Source: Gemmatimonadota bacterium (GTDB lineage Bacteria > Latescibacterota > UBA2968 > UBA8231). From it: a DNA stretch of 47,518 nucleotides. The stretch is taken from contig JAYPJE010000001.1 in assembly GCA_038128265.1 (NCBI GenBank), positions 1-47,518 of the forward strand, written 5' to 3'. Positions 8,840-18,003 of the stretch are shown one piece after another (the first letter of the stretch is position 1; every line of letters begins with the position of its first letter). The notes beneath the pieces were generated by a model. That model saw only the letters and a list, made by a program, of their open reading frames with translations, ran no database searches and was not told where the DNA came from. The position numbers and the translations under genes were made by a program.

Positions 8840-10822
8840 GTGGCACAACACGATCCAAACGCCGACTTAGAGGCCTATCGCCGCCTGATGGAGCGGCCCG
8901 AGCGCTTTGCGGAGGGATTTACCTATCGCACGGTAATCGGCGCGTTTTTCGTCGGCTTTATTATGATGCCCGGTGCCATTTACATGGGGTTAATTGCCGG
9001 TGTCTCGCTGGGCTCGGCGGCCGAGTGGGTGACGATCATCCTTTTTTCCGAGTTGGCGCGCCGTTCGTTCTCTTCGCTGACGCGCCAGGAGATCTATCTC
9101 ATATACTACATCGCCGGCGGTCTAGCCGGCGTTATCGGTGGCACTATGCTGGCCGGCGGCCCCTTTGGTCAGCTGATGTGGAACCAGTATTTAGTGCAGT
9201 CGCAGGCGGCCGAAGGCTTTGGCATTGCCGATAAAATACCGGACTGGGTTTCGCCGATGGCTGGCTCGGAGGCCATCCTTTCGCGCTCCTTTCTGCACCG
9301 GGCGTGGATTCCGCCGATCGCCGTGCTGGTCGCTGCGCAGGTGCTGTCGCGCGTGGAGTGGTTTACGCTGGGCTATATCCTCTTCCGCACCACTTCCGAT
9401 GTCGAACGCCTGCCCTTTCCGCTGGCCCCCGTCGCTGCCCAAGGAGCGATGGCGCTGGCCGAGAACGACGACGAGCGCGAGGGGTGGCGTTGGCGCGTCT
9501 TTTCGGTGGGGCTGGGCATCGGCTTGCTCTTTGGGGCGGTATACATTGGCCTGCCGGCGCTCACCGGCCTGATCGCCAGCGATCCCATTGCGCTATTGCC
9601 GATCCCGTGGATCGACCTGACGCGCACGACCGAATCGTTCCTGCCGGCCGCCCCCTTAGGGATCGGCACCGACCTCGGACTCGTGCTGCTGGGCACGGTG
9701 CTGCCCTTCTGGGTGGTCGTCGGGTCGTTTGCCGCGGCCATGGTGCACGCGCTGGGCAGCCCGCTGCTCTACCACGCCGGCTACCTAACGCACTGGCGCC
9801 CGGGCATGGACACGATTCTGACCAACTTTGCCAACGACGTCGACGTGTGGATGAGTGTCTACATTGGCGCTGGCTTTGCCGTTGGCATCATTGGCGTAAT
9901 CCACGCCGTGCGCTCGTTCCGCGCTGCCCATCGCGAAAAGAAAATGAGCAGTTTCAGCGATGTGCCCAAAGGGCGCGGCGACTTTCCGCTGTGGCTGGCC
10001 TTTGTCGGCTATGGGCTGTCGACGTTGGCTATGGTGGCGCTGTGCACGCTGCTGCTGAGAGACGACGAATTTCCGCTGGCGTTTCTACTCATTTTTGGCT
10101 TTGTCGTCACGCCCGCTCTGTCCTATGTCAATGCGCGCATGTCGGGGTTGACGGGGCAGACGGTATCGTTTCCAATGATCCGCGAGGGCGCGTTTATACT
10201 GAGCGGGTACAACGGGGTCGATATTTGGTTCGCGCCAATACCCTATGCCGACCACGGCCGTCGCGCACAGCTCTTCCGCGAGGTCGAACTGACGGGCACG
10301 CGCTTTACGTCTATACTAAAGGCGGAACTGCTGATCCTACCGCTGAGCCTAATCTGCGGCTTTGTGTTTTGGCAGCTAATCTGGAGCATGGGGCCCATCC
10401 CCTCACCGGCGTTCCAATATGCGCAGACCTACTGGCATTTGATTGCGCTGCGCCAGTGCCTGTGGTATTCGGCGACGCTGGGCGGAGAGACGCTTTTTGA
10501 TACGGCGATTAAGGGATGGTGGATTGCCGGCGGCTTTGTTTTTTCCGGCGGGACGTTCGGCGTGCTGTCACTGCTGCGCTTACCGGTATCGCTGATCTAC
10601 GGTTTTGTGCGTGGGCTGTCGGGACTGCCACACCTGCTGATTCCAGAGATGATTGGCGCCTTGCTGGCGCGCTACTCGCTAGAGAAGCGCTTTGGCGCCG
10701 AGCGCTGGCGCCAGTACGCTCCCGTATTATTAGCCGGCTACGCCTGTGGGATGGGATTGATTGGCATGTCTGCCGTGGCCATTGCGCTCATTTCAAAATC
10801 CGTAACCCAAATGCAATACTGA
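8840..10822 (+). CDS. OPT/YSL-like putative peptide transporter
   Basis: SD AGGAGGAG with GTG start. 'GFTYRTVIGAFFVGFIMMPGAIYMGL', 'LTRQE', 'DVERLPFPLAPV', 'PIPS..F.YAQ.YW'; about 15+ TM segments. Confidence 0.7.
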   Translation: MAQHDPNADLEAYRRLMERPERFAEGFTYRTVIGAFFVGFIMMPGAIYMGLIAGVSLGSAAEWVTIILFSELARRSFSSLTRQEIYLIYYIAGGLAGVIGGTMLAGGPFGQLMWNQYLVQSQAAEGFGIADKIPDWVSPMAGSEAILSRSFLHRAWIPPIAVLVAAQVLSRVEWFTLGYILFRTTSDVERLPFPLAPVAAQGAMALAENDDEREGWRWRVFSVGLGIGLLFGAVYIGLPALTGLIASDPIALLPIPWIDLTRTTESFLPAAPLGIGTDLGLVLLGTVLPFWVVVGSFAAAMVHALGSPLLYHAGYLTHWRPGMDTILTNFANDVDVWMSVYIGAGFAVGIIGVIHAVRSFRAAHREKKMSSFSDVPKGRGDFPLWLAFVGYGLSTLAMVALCTLLLRDDEFPLAFLLIFGFVVTPALSYVNARMSGLTGQTVSFPMIREGAFILSGYNGVDIWFAPIPYADHGRRAQLFREVELTGTRFTSILKAELLILPLSLICGFVFWQLIWSMGPIPSPAFQYAQTYWHLIALRQCLWYSATLGGETLFDTAIKGWWIAGGFVFSGGTFGVLSLLRLPVSLIYGFVRGLSGLPHLLIPEMIGALLARYSLEKRFGAERWRQYAPVLLAGYACGMGLIGMSAVAIALISKSVTQMQY

Positions 10823-11053
10823 CTACTTCTGTTCGGCGTGTAAATACTGACGTGCATACGCACTCTCACTGAGCTGTTCTTGCAAACCCCAATGAGCCGT
10901 GTAGTGATTGCTGTCGGTGTCTGTTGTTAGGTCGGACACGGCGTGCATTGTCATATAGGTGATCGCTATGCCGGCCAGCATGGCACCCACGGTGAGCATA
11001 TCGCGTATTTGCTCGTCGTGATCAAAGAGGAAGTTGCGTATAAAACTGGGCAT
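10823..11053 (-). CDS. Small hypothetical single-TM protein (76 aa)
   Basis: SD GGAG upstream of ATG 11053 (MPSFIRNFLF...); hydrophobic stretch 'MLTVGAMLAGIAITYMTM'; fills the gap between convergent genes. Confidence 0.55.
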   Translation of the reverse strand: MPSFIRNFLFDHDEQIRDMLTVGAMLAGIAITYMTMHAVSDLTTDTDSNHYTAHWGLQEQLSESAYARQYLHAEQK

Positions 11054-11133
11054 TTTCAGTTCTCCATCAAAAGGTTGTTTCAAGCCTCAACAAGCATACG
11101 AAGAAGGCCAAAAATCGCAAGTATAATAGTGCA

Positions 11134-12312
11134 TTAGAGGTGCGTTTTTGCCCGCTCTATGGCCTCGAGCGCGCGCGCGACTTCCTCGGGCGCATTATAC
11201 AGGTGAATCGAAGCGCGCAGGGCGTTGAGCTCGCCCTCGTATATACCGCGCAGCCGCAGCCTATGTTGACTCCACAGGTAGGACTGCACGTCGGCGTAGG
11301 CAACGCCTGGTAGGCGGAAAGTCCGTATGGAGGCGGCGGGCGTGCTTGTCAGCACTTCGGCTCCCAGCGCGCGTAGCCCTTCGGCAAAATGCTCGGCGAG
11401 CTCGAGGTTGCGTCGCCATATGTTGTGCGCGCCGATTTCCTTCCAGAGGGACAGGGCGGCGCGCAGCCCGACGATCAGCGATGCGTTGACCGTGCCGTAC
11501 TCGTAGCGCAGCGCGCTGTCAGCAAAGGTGAATGCACCCGTTTCTAGCGCAAAATCACCGGCGTTGGAATAGGCGCCGACGTGGGTGGCCTGCACGCGAT
11601 CGAGTGCGTCGCGGCGCACGAATAGAAATCCCGTGCCGTTGGGCCCGAGCAGCCACTTGTGACCGCTTGTCGCATAGGCGTGGCAGCCAATGGCCTGCAG
11701 GTCGACCGGAATGCAGCCCAGCGCCTGCGCTCCATCGACGAAGTAAAAGAGGTCGCGCTCTTTGGCCAGCGCGCCAATCGCCGTAACCGGTAGCACCTGA
11801 CCGCTGGCACAGCTGACGTGTGGTATGCTGAGCACGCGCGTGCGGTCGCTTAGCAGTGCGCCGATGCGCGCGATCGTTTCCCCTTCGTCGGCTGTGGGAT
11901 GGAACACCTTGATTACCAGGTCGTCGCGCCGCGCGCGTGCCAGCCAGGTAATGGTGTTGCCGACGTGCTCGTGACTGCTGGTGATAATCTCGTCTCCGGG
12001 CCGCAGGGCCAGGCCGTTGCAGACGATATTGCTGCCCTCGGTCGTGTTGCGAGTGAAAGCCAATTCGTCCGCAGAACAGTTGAGAAACTGCCCAACTCCC
12101 TCCTTGACCTCCAGCCACAGTTCGGCGGAATGGCCGCTGTCTCCGCTCTGTTCCAACAGCTCCATATGGGCGCGCACGGCGTCGAGGACGGGGCGTGGTG
12201 AAATGCCCATAGTGGAAGTGTTAAAATAGATGCGATCGCGCAGAAGGGGAAACTGATCGCGCACGGTGGCCCAATAGGCATCGTCGAGTGGATCGATTGT
12301 TGGTGATGTCAT
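11134..12312 (-). CDS. Class V PLP-dependent aminotransferase (cysteine desulfurase/isopenicillin-N epimerase-like)
   Basis: 'IYFNT', 'FTRNTTEG', 'HEHVGN', 'FVDGAQALG', PLP-lysine 'SGHKWLLGPNGTG', 'RYEYGT', 'RASIHLYN'. Start reassigned to MTSPTIDP at 12312. Confidence 0.85.
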   Translation of the reverse strand: MTSPTIDPLDDAYWATVRDQFPLLRDRIYFNTSTMGISPRPVLDAVRAHMELLEQSGDSGHSAELWLEVKEGVGQFLNCSADELAFTRNTTEGSNIVCNGLALRPGDEIITSSHEHVGNTITWLARARRDDLVIKVFHPTADEGETIARIGALLSDRTRVLSIPHVSCASGQVLPVTAIGALAKERDLFYFVDGAQALGCIPVDLQAIGCHAYATSGHKWLLGPNGTGFLFVRRDALDRVQATHVGAYSNAGDFALETGAFTFADSALRYEYGTVNASLIVGLRAALSLWKEIGAHNIWRRNLELAEHFAEGLRALGAEVLTSTPAASIRTFRLPGVAYADVQSYLWSQHRLRLRGIYEGELNALRASIHLYNAPEEVARALEAIERAKTHL

Positions 12313-12319
12313 CGCGCGT

Positions 12320-13303
12320 TCACGAAAAGAATGTGCGCTTGAGCGCCGCCGCGCGGCGCAGCCAGGCGTTGCCAAAGTGCTCGGTGGTATAGTAGGGGAC
12401 CAAGTCGCCGCCCAGGCCGCGTTTAAAAAAAGCCACGGCGGGTATATTGGCGCCGACAAAGTCAAAGCGCTGCTGTGCGCACTGTTCGAAGTACTGCCAG
12501 TAGAGGAGCGAAGTGGCGCCGCTGCTATTGTGCTGTGGATCGGCGCCGGCAATCCACGCGTAGCTGGTCGAAGCGCCCTCTACAAAGGCGACGATGGTGG
12601 CCGTTGCACCCGCGGGCGACTGTGCGGCAAAGAGGCGAGCCTGTCCAGTTCCGATGGCATCTTCGACGAAGCGGCGAATTTTTTGCGGCGCGATGGGCGC
12701 GTCGTGTCCGTGCCGAGCGTAGATCATCTCGTACTGGTGGCACAGCAGGTCGATGTCGTCTGTCTGAACGAGGCGATAGCCCAGCTTTTGGGCCTTGCGA
12801 ATGGCCGTGCGCGTGCGGCGCTCGACGCGCTCCCACAGCGCGTCGAGATTGCTCAGGTCCATCTGATACGTATAGCGCACCCGCGCCTGCCAGCCGGCCC
12901 AGGTAAAGGGGCGCACGTCGCCGAGGGCGGGGGCATGCGTTAGGCGCGCGTGGCCGCAGGTCTGCAGGTACTCGATTAGCAATTCGGCAGCGCGGTGGCG
13001 TTCGGCTTCGACTTTGGCCGGTCCCTTGCTCTCGACGGGAGCCAATAGGAGGCCGGTATGCGGCGTGAGTTCAGGGGTTTCTATGCGCTCGACGCCGCGG
13101 CGCTTGTAGGTGAGTCCCGACAGGCCGGCTATCAGCACATCGCCCTTAAAAACGCCGAGGCAAAGGGGCTCTCCGCCGAGCGCTCGGGCTGCGCAGTGCA
13201 GCCAAGCAGCGGTTGCAAATGGGCTGCCTCCGCTACTTTGCTCCACAAAGGCATCCCACTGGCCAGCATCTTTTACGCGGCGAATTTCATGGGGTTCAGA
13301 CAT
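12320..13303 (-). CDS. GNAT/FemAB-like acetyltransferase (Acetyltransf_6-type)
   Basis: 'WDAFVEQS..GSPF...AWL', 'VRYTYQMDL', 'RTRTAIRKAQK', 'RFDFVGAN...VAFFKRGLGG.LVPY'. Likely start MSEPHE at 13303. Confidence 0.75.
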   Translation of the reverse strand: MSEPHEIRRVKDAGQWDAFVEQSSGGSPFATAAWLHCAARALGGEPLCLGVFKGDVLIAGLSGLTYKRRGVERIETPELTPHTGLLLAPVESKGPAKVEAERHRAAELLIEYLQTCGHARLTHAPALGDVRPFTWAGWQARVRYTYQMDLSNLDALWERVERRTRTAIRKAQKLGYRLVQTDDIDLLCHQYEMIYARHGHDAPIAPQKIRRFVEDAIGTGQARLFAAQSPAGATATIVAFVEGASTSYAWIAGADPQHNSSGATSLLYWQYFEQCAQQRFDFVGANIPAVAFFKRGLGGDLVPYYTTEHFGNAWLRRAAALKRTFFS

Positions 13304-13429
13304 AGGACAAAGTATAAAGAAATCCCCGTTTTGATGTAAGCGAGTGCTGGCCGACATGGCTGTTCAGGGGTTATTTTGCACGCGGAGTTAGCGTCGCATT
13401 ATCGTTCGCTAGCAGCGGCGAATTGTCTA

Positions 13430-13458
13430 TTGACATCTCATTTTTAGCGCTCTATATT
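13430..13458 (+). promoter_or_regulatory. Sigma70-type promoter for the ilvC-leu operon
   Basis: TTGACA (13430-13435), 17-nt spacer, TATATT (13453-13458) in an AT-rich intergenic region. Confidence 0.75.
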
Positions 13459-13507
13459 TTCACATCTATGTTGTTTTTAACTCTTTGACCTGCTTGAGCT
13501 TATTGAG

Positions 13508-13639
13508 ATGATTGAGCACCGCCACAGCATCGATTTACTCCCGCGCCGAGCTCGGGCCGCGCTGCGCGTGTTCGATGCGCGCGTGCTGCTCTATCTTCCC
13601 CCCATTGCGTACCTCCTTATTATCGGGCTGCTCAAGTAA
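13508..13639 (+). CDS. Candidate branched-chain amino acid leader peptide (43 aa)
   Basis: MIEHRHSIDLLPRRARAALRVFDARVLLYLPPIAYLLIIGLLK*; 17/43 residues are Leu/Ile/Val, 11 of the last 18; lies between the promoter and ilvC. Confidence 0.45.
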   Translation: MIEHRHSIDLLPRRARAALRVFDARVLLYLPPIAYLLIIGLLK

Positions 13640-13771
13640 GCTTCGCTCCTTCTTATTCTCGGACAAAAAGAAAGATGACGAAGCCTCTGAAAAAGTTCAT
13701 AGGCTGTCATAGAGCTATGTCTAAAGCGCATATACGACACTTTCACACCTATTACAGGAGATGCATTCCCC

Positions 13772-14764
13772 ATGCAGATGTTTTACGATAACGACGCTAA
13801 TCTCGACCTGCTTTCGGACAAGACCGTAGCCGTGATTGGCTATGGCAGTCAGGGGCACGCCCATTCCCTCAACCTTAAAGAGAGCGGCGTCAACGTCGTC
13901 GTCGGTCTGCGTGCGGGCAGCAGCAGCCGCGCAGCAGCCGAGAAAGAGGGGCTGAAAGTCCTCGACGTAGCCGAGGCGGCCAAGGTGGGTGACATCGTCA
14001 TGATTCTCATCAATGACGAAGTGCAGCGCGCCGTCTACGAGGCCGATATCAAGCCCAATCTCGAGGCGGGCAATGCGCTGGCTTTCGCCCATGGGTTCAA
14101 TATCCACTTTCAGCAGGTCGTGCCGCCGAGCGACGTCGACGTATTTATGGTCGCGCCCAAGGGGCCGGGACACTTGGTCCGCCGCGTCTATCAGCAGGGC
14201 GGTGGCGTGCCGGGTCTGTTGGCCGTCTACCAAGACGCGACGGGGCGCGCGCACGAAGTGGGCCTGGCCTATGCCAAGGGCATCGGCTGCGGGCGCGCCG
14301 GCGTGATCGAAACGACGTTTCGCGAGGAAACGGAGACCGATCTCTTTGGTGAGCAGGTGGTCCTGTGCGGCGGCCTTACCGAGCTAATTCGCGCCGGTTT
14401 CGACACGCTGGTCGAAGCGGGCTATCAGCCCGAAGTCGCCTACTTCGAATGTCTGCACGAGGTAAAACTAATCGTCGACCTGATCTACGAGGGCGGCATT
14501 GCCAATATGCGCTCGTCGATTTCTGATACGGCCGAATTTGGTGACCTAATGAGCGGTCGCCGCGTCGTGACCGACGAGACGCGCGCCGAGATGAAGCGCA
14601 TCCTCGCCGATATTCAGGAAGGGCGTTTTGCCAAGGAATGGCTGTCGGAAAACCAGGTGGGTAGGCCGGTATACAACGCGCGCAAGCGCCGCGATTCCGA
14701 ACACCTGATCGAAGATGTAGGCGCCAAGCTGCGCGCCATGATGAGCTGGTTAGACAATAAGTAA
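13772..14764 (+). CDS. ilvC: Ketol-acid reductoisomerase
   Basis: '[15 protein letters not shown]', 'FAHGFNIHF', '[12 protein letters not shown]', '[16 protein letters not shown]', '[15 protein letters not shown]'. Confidence 0.98.
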   Translation: MQMFYDNDANLDLLSDKTVAVIGYGSQGHAHSLNLKESGVNVVVGLRAGSSSRAAAEKEGLKVLDVAEAAKVGDIVMILINDEVQRAVYEADIKPNLEAGNALAFAHGFNIHFQQVVPPSDVDVFMVAPKGPGHLVRRVYQQGGGVPGLLAVYQDATGRAHEVGLAYAKGIGCGRAGVIETTFREETETDLFGEQVVLCGGLTELIRAGFDTLVEAGYQPEVAYFECLHEVKLIVDLIYEGGIANMRSSISDTAEFGDLMSGRRVVTDETRAEMKRILADIQEGRFAKEWLSENQVGRPVYNARKRRDSEHLIEDVGAKLRAMMSWLDNK

Positions 14765-14975
14765 GTGGCGATGAGCGAGTGGAGGTGGCCCGTTGGTCAT
14801 CTCCACTCCAATGCTGCTCGCGCGGAACAGCGGAAAGGAGGAAGCAGATGGAGTCTCGACTTAGCGGCCTGCAAGACTGCGGCAAACCCCGACTTAAACG
14901 GGTAGGCGGTTTCGCACGGGCCGGATGGGACCGCCTGCCACGCTCTTTTCAATCCGGTAGAAGCGAGAAATATGC

Positions 14976-16514
14976 ATGAATGATCCAACTAGAGTATACG
15001 TGTTTGACACGACCCTGCGCGATGCTGAACAGACGCCGGGCGCTTCGCTGACCGTAAAGGAGAAGCTGGAGATTGCCCACCAGCTGGCGCGCCTCAAGGT
15101 CGACGTCATCGAGGCGGGATTCCCGCTCTCGTCCAACGAAGATTTTGAAGCGGTGCGTCGCATTGCGCACGAGGTTGAAGGACCGATGATCTGCGGTCTG
15201 GCGCGCGCGCTGCCCAAGGACGTTAGCCGTGCCGGCGAAGCGTTAAAAGACGCCCCTAATCCGCGTATCCACACCTTTATCGGCACGTCGGAAATTCACA
15301 TGCAGGGGCAGATGCGCAAGGGACGCGAAGACGTGCTGAAGATGGCCGTCGCCGCCGTCGAGCTAGCCAAGAGCTTCTGCGACAGCGTCGAGTTTTCGCC
15401 GATGGATGCTGCGCGCACCGATCCCAGCTTTTTGCACGAGGTAATCGAAGCGACGATTGCCGCCGGTGCAACGACGATCAATATCCCCGACACGGTTGGA
15501 TATGCCGTCCCCGAACAGTTCGGCGCGCTGATCGCCGACATTCTCGCCAAGGTGCCCAACAGCGATGAGGCGATTATTAGCGTGCACTGCCACGACGATT
15601 TGGGCATGGCGGTCATCAACACGCTATCGGCGCTGAAAAACGGTGCGCGCCAGGCCGAGTGCACGCTCAATGGCTTGGGTGAACGCGCCGGCAACGCTTC
15701 GCTTGAAGAGGTGGTAATGGCGCTGCGCACGCGGCGCGACTACTTCGGCTTGGATACGCAGGTCGATGCGCGCGAGATCATTGCCACCAGTCGATTGGTG
15801 AGTCGTCTAATGGGTATTGCCGTGCCGCCAAACAAGGCCATTGTCGGTGCCAACGCCTTTGCCCACAGCTCGGGCATACATCAAGACGGCGTGCTAAAGG
15901 CGCGCAATACCTTCGAGATTATGGAGCCCAAGGACGTCGGCCTGGAGGATACGGAGATCGTGCTGACGGCGCGTTCGGGCCGCCATGCGCTGCGCCACCG
16001 CATCGAGGAGTTGGGCTACAGCCTGTCTGCTGACGAATTGGAAAGCGCCTACGAGCGCTTTTTGGAACTGGCTGATAAGAAGAAAGAAATTTTCGACGAA
16101 GATCTGATTGAAATTATCGGAGGCCAGCGGCAGGAAGAGGCGGCGCACTACAAGCTGGAGTACCTGCACACCGTCAGCGGCACGGGCACCGTCCCTTCGG
16201 CAACCGTGCGCCTGTCCATCGGCGACGAGACCGTGCAGGAATCGGCCTGGGGCGATGGGCCGGTCGATGCTACCTATGCCGCTATTCGCATGGCGACGCG
16301 CACCGACGTGCTGCTGGAGGACTTTGCCATTCGCGCCGTTACGTCGGGCTCGCAGGCACTGGGCGAGGTGACGGTCCACCTGTCGGAAAACGGACGCAGC
16401 GCGCGCGGTCGCGGCGTGTCTACGGACGTGGTGGAAGCCAGTGCCGAAGCCTACGTGGCCGCGCTCAATCGCCTAGCTGAGCTGGTTGAAAAGGCCGAGC
16501 ACTCAACGGTCTGA
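14976..16514 (+). CDS. leuA: 2-isopropylmalate synthase
   Basis: 'FDTTLRDAEQTPG', 'IPDTVGY', 'SVHCHDDLG', 'GLGERAGNA', 'FAHSSGIHQDG', C-terminal regulatory domain 'GDGPVDA'. Confidence 0.96.
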   Translation: MNDPTRVYVFDTTLRDAEQTPGASLTVKEKLEIAHQLARLKVDVIEAGFPLSSNEDFEAVRRIAHEVEGPMICGLARALPKDVSRAGEALKDAPNPRIHTFIGTSEIHMQGQMRKGREDVLKMAVAAVELAKSFCDSVEFSPMDAARTDPSFLHEVIEATIAAGATTINIPDTVGYAVPEQFGALIADILAKVPNSDEAIISVHCHDDLGMAVINTLSALKNGARQAECTLNGLGERAGNASLEEVVMALRTRRDYFGLDTQVDAREIIATSRLVSRLMGIAVPPNKAIVGANAFAHSSGIHQDGVLKARNTFEIMEPKDVGLEDTEIVLTARSGRHALRHRIEELGYSLSADELESAYERFLELADKKKEIFDEDLIEIIGGQRQEEAAHYKLEYLHTVSGTGTVPSATVRLSIGDETVQESAWGDGPVDATYAAIRMATRTDVLLEDFAIRAVTSGSQALGEVTVHLSENGRSARGRGVSTDVVEASAEAYVAALNRLAELVEKAEHSTV

Positions 16515-16589
16515 ACGCCGCGGCCGCGGCGTTGAACTCGCGTTAATGAGAGCGGCCGCCCGCATGCGGCCGTCTGGGAAAGGTAGATA

Positions 16590-17993
16590 ATGGGCAAGAC
16601 TTTGTTGCACAAGACGTGGGAGGCGCACTCGGTGCGTCAGCTACCCTCGGGACAGACTCAACTATTTATCGGCCTGCACCTGGTCCACGAAGTGACCAGC
16701 CCGCAGGCATTTCAAATGCTGCGCGAGCGCGGTGCCAAGGTGCGCTTTCCCGAGCGCACGTTTGCCACGGTCGATCACATCGTGCCAACGGACGTTACGG
16801 ATCGACCCTTTATCGATGCGCTGGCCGAGGAGATGATGTCGGCCATCGAGCAAAATGCCAAGGATTTTGAAATTCCACTGTTCGATATAAACGATCGACG
16901 GCAGGGCATCGTGCACGTCATTGGCCCCGAGTTGGGCCTTACGCAGCCGGGCATGACCATTGCCTGCGGTGATAGCCACACTTCGACACACGGCGCGTTT
17001 GGCGCCATTGCGTTTGGCATCGGTACTAGCCAGGTGCGCGACGTGCTGGCTACGCAGTGCCTGGCTATGGATCCGCTCAAGGTGCGGCGCATCAACGTGT
17101 CGGGAGCGCTTAGCGAAGGCGTGTATGCCAAGGACGTGATACTGCATATTATCGGCCAGCTCGGCGTCAAAGGCGGTGTTGGCTACGGCTACGAGTACGG
17201 CGGCGACGTGATTGATGCGATGAGCATGGAAGAGCGCATGACGGTGTGCAATATGTCTATTGAAGGCGGCGCGCGCGTCGGCTATGTCAATCCAGATGCG
17301 ACGACCTTTGACTATTTGCGTGGGCGTTCACACGCGCCGGCCGATGGCGACTTTGACCGGGCTATTGCCTGGTGGCAGGGCATGGCTTCGGACGCCGATG
17401 CCTCCTACGACGACGTCGTCGATATGCAGGGCGGCGATATTGGACCGACCATAACTTGGGGTATCACACCGGGGCAGTCCGTTTCCATCGACGGCAAAAT
17501 TCCCCAGCTGGGTGGGCTCGAAGGCGATGAGCGCAAGAGCGTGCAGGAAGCGTTGGACTATATGGGTTTCGCCGAAGGGCAGCCCATTGCCGGCACGCCC
17601 GTCGACGTGACCTTTGTCGGCTCGTGCACCAACGGCCGCCTGTCCGACCTGCGCGAGGCCGCCAAGGTGGCCAAGGGGCGCAAGGTGGCCAAGGGCGTCA
17701 AGGCGCTGGTAGTCCCCGGTTCACAGCAGGTGCGTGCAGCGGCCGAGGCCGAGGGCTTGCACGAGGTCTTTCAGGAGGCCGGCTTTGAGTGGCGCGGGGC
17801 CGGCTGTTCGATGTGTTTGGCGATGAACCCCGACAAGCTGCAGGGCGATCAGCGCTGTGCATCGTCTAGCAACCGCAATTTTAAAGGGCGCCAGGGCAGT
17901 CCGACGGGTCGCACGATGCTGATGAGCCCGGCGATGGTAGCCGCCGCAGCCGTCAGCGGCGAAGTGACCGATGTCCGCGCGCTGTTAAACTGA
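16590..17993 (+). CDS. leuC: 3-isopropylmalate dehydratase large subunit
   Basis: 'HEVTSPQAF', '[13 protein letters not shown]', 'GSCTNGR', 'GCSMCLAMN', '[11 protein letters not shown]'. Confidence 0.98.
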   Translation: MGKTLLHKTWEAHSVRQLPSGQTQLFIGLHLVHEVTSPQAFQMLRERGAKVRFPERTFATVDHIVPTDVTDRPFIDALAEEMMSAIEQNAKDFEIPLFDINDRRQGIVHVIGPELGLTQPGMTIACGDSHTSTHGAFGAIAFGIGTSQVRDVLATQCLAMDPLKVRRINVSGALSEGVYAKDVILHIIGQLGVKGGVGYGYEYGGDVIDAMSMEERMTVCNMSIEGGARVGYVNPDATTFDYLRGRSHAPADGDFDRAIAWWQGMASDADASYDDVVDMQGGDIGPTITWGITPGQSVSIDGKIPQLGGLEGDERKSVQEALDYMGFAEGQPIAGTPVDVTFVGSCTNGRLSDLREAAKVAKGRKVAKGVKALVVPGSQQVRAAAEAEGLHEVFQEAGFEWRGAGCSMCLAMNPDKLQGDQRCASSSNRNFKGRQGSPTGRTMLMSPAMVAAAAVSGEVTDVRALLN

Positions 17994-18003
17994 GGGGGGC
18001 GAT

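Noticed and set aside
9304..10500. 398-aa alternative-frame ORF inside the OPT-like gene
   Set aside because: Arg/Ala/Gly-rich off-frame translation typical of high-GC sequence; entirely overlaps a convincing membrane protein.
14765..14975. Calling the ilvC-leuA spacer a bona fide T-box riboswitch feature
   Set aside because: Only the UGGNACC bulge-like motif is visible; Stem I (AG/GNUG boxes, specifier loop) and antiterminator helix A2 could not be identified, so it is kept as a finding only.
16514..16573. Perfect 20-bp palindrome AACGCCGCGGCCGCGGCGTT and a second GC hairpin between leuA and leuC
   Set aside because: No U-tract and no other copies in the window; most likely an mRNA-stabilising hairpin, not a REP/MITE or CRISPR repeat.
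17660..17703. Short tandem repeat (CAAGGTGGCCAAGGG x2) in leuC
   Set aside because: Encodes the ordinary '[11 protein letters not shown]' segment of LeuC; coding coincidence.
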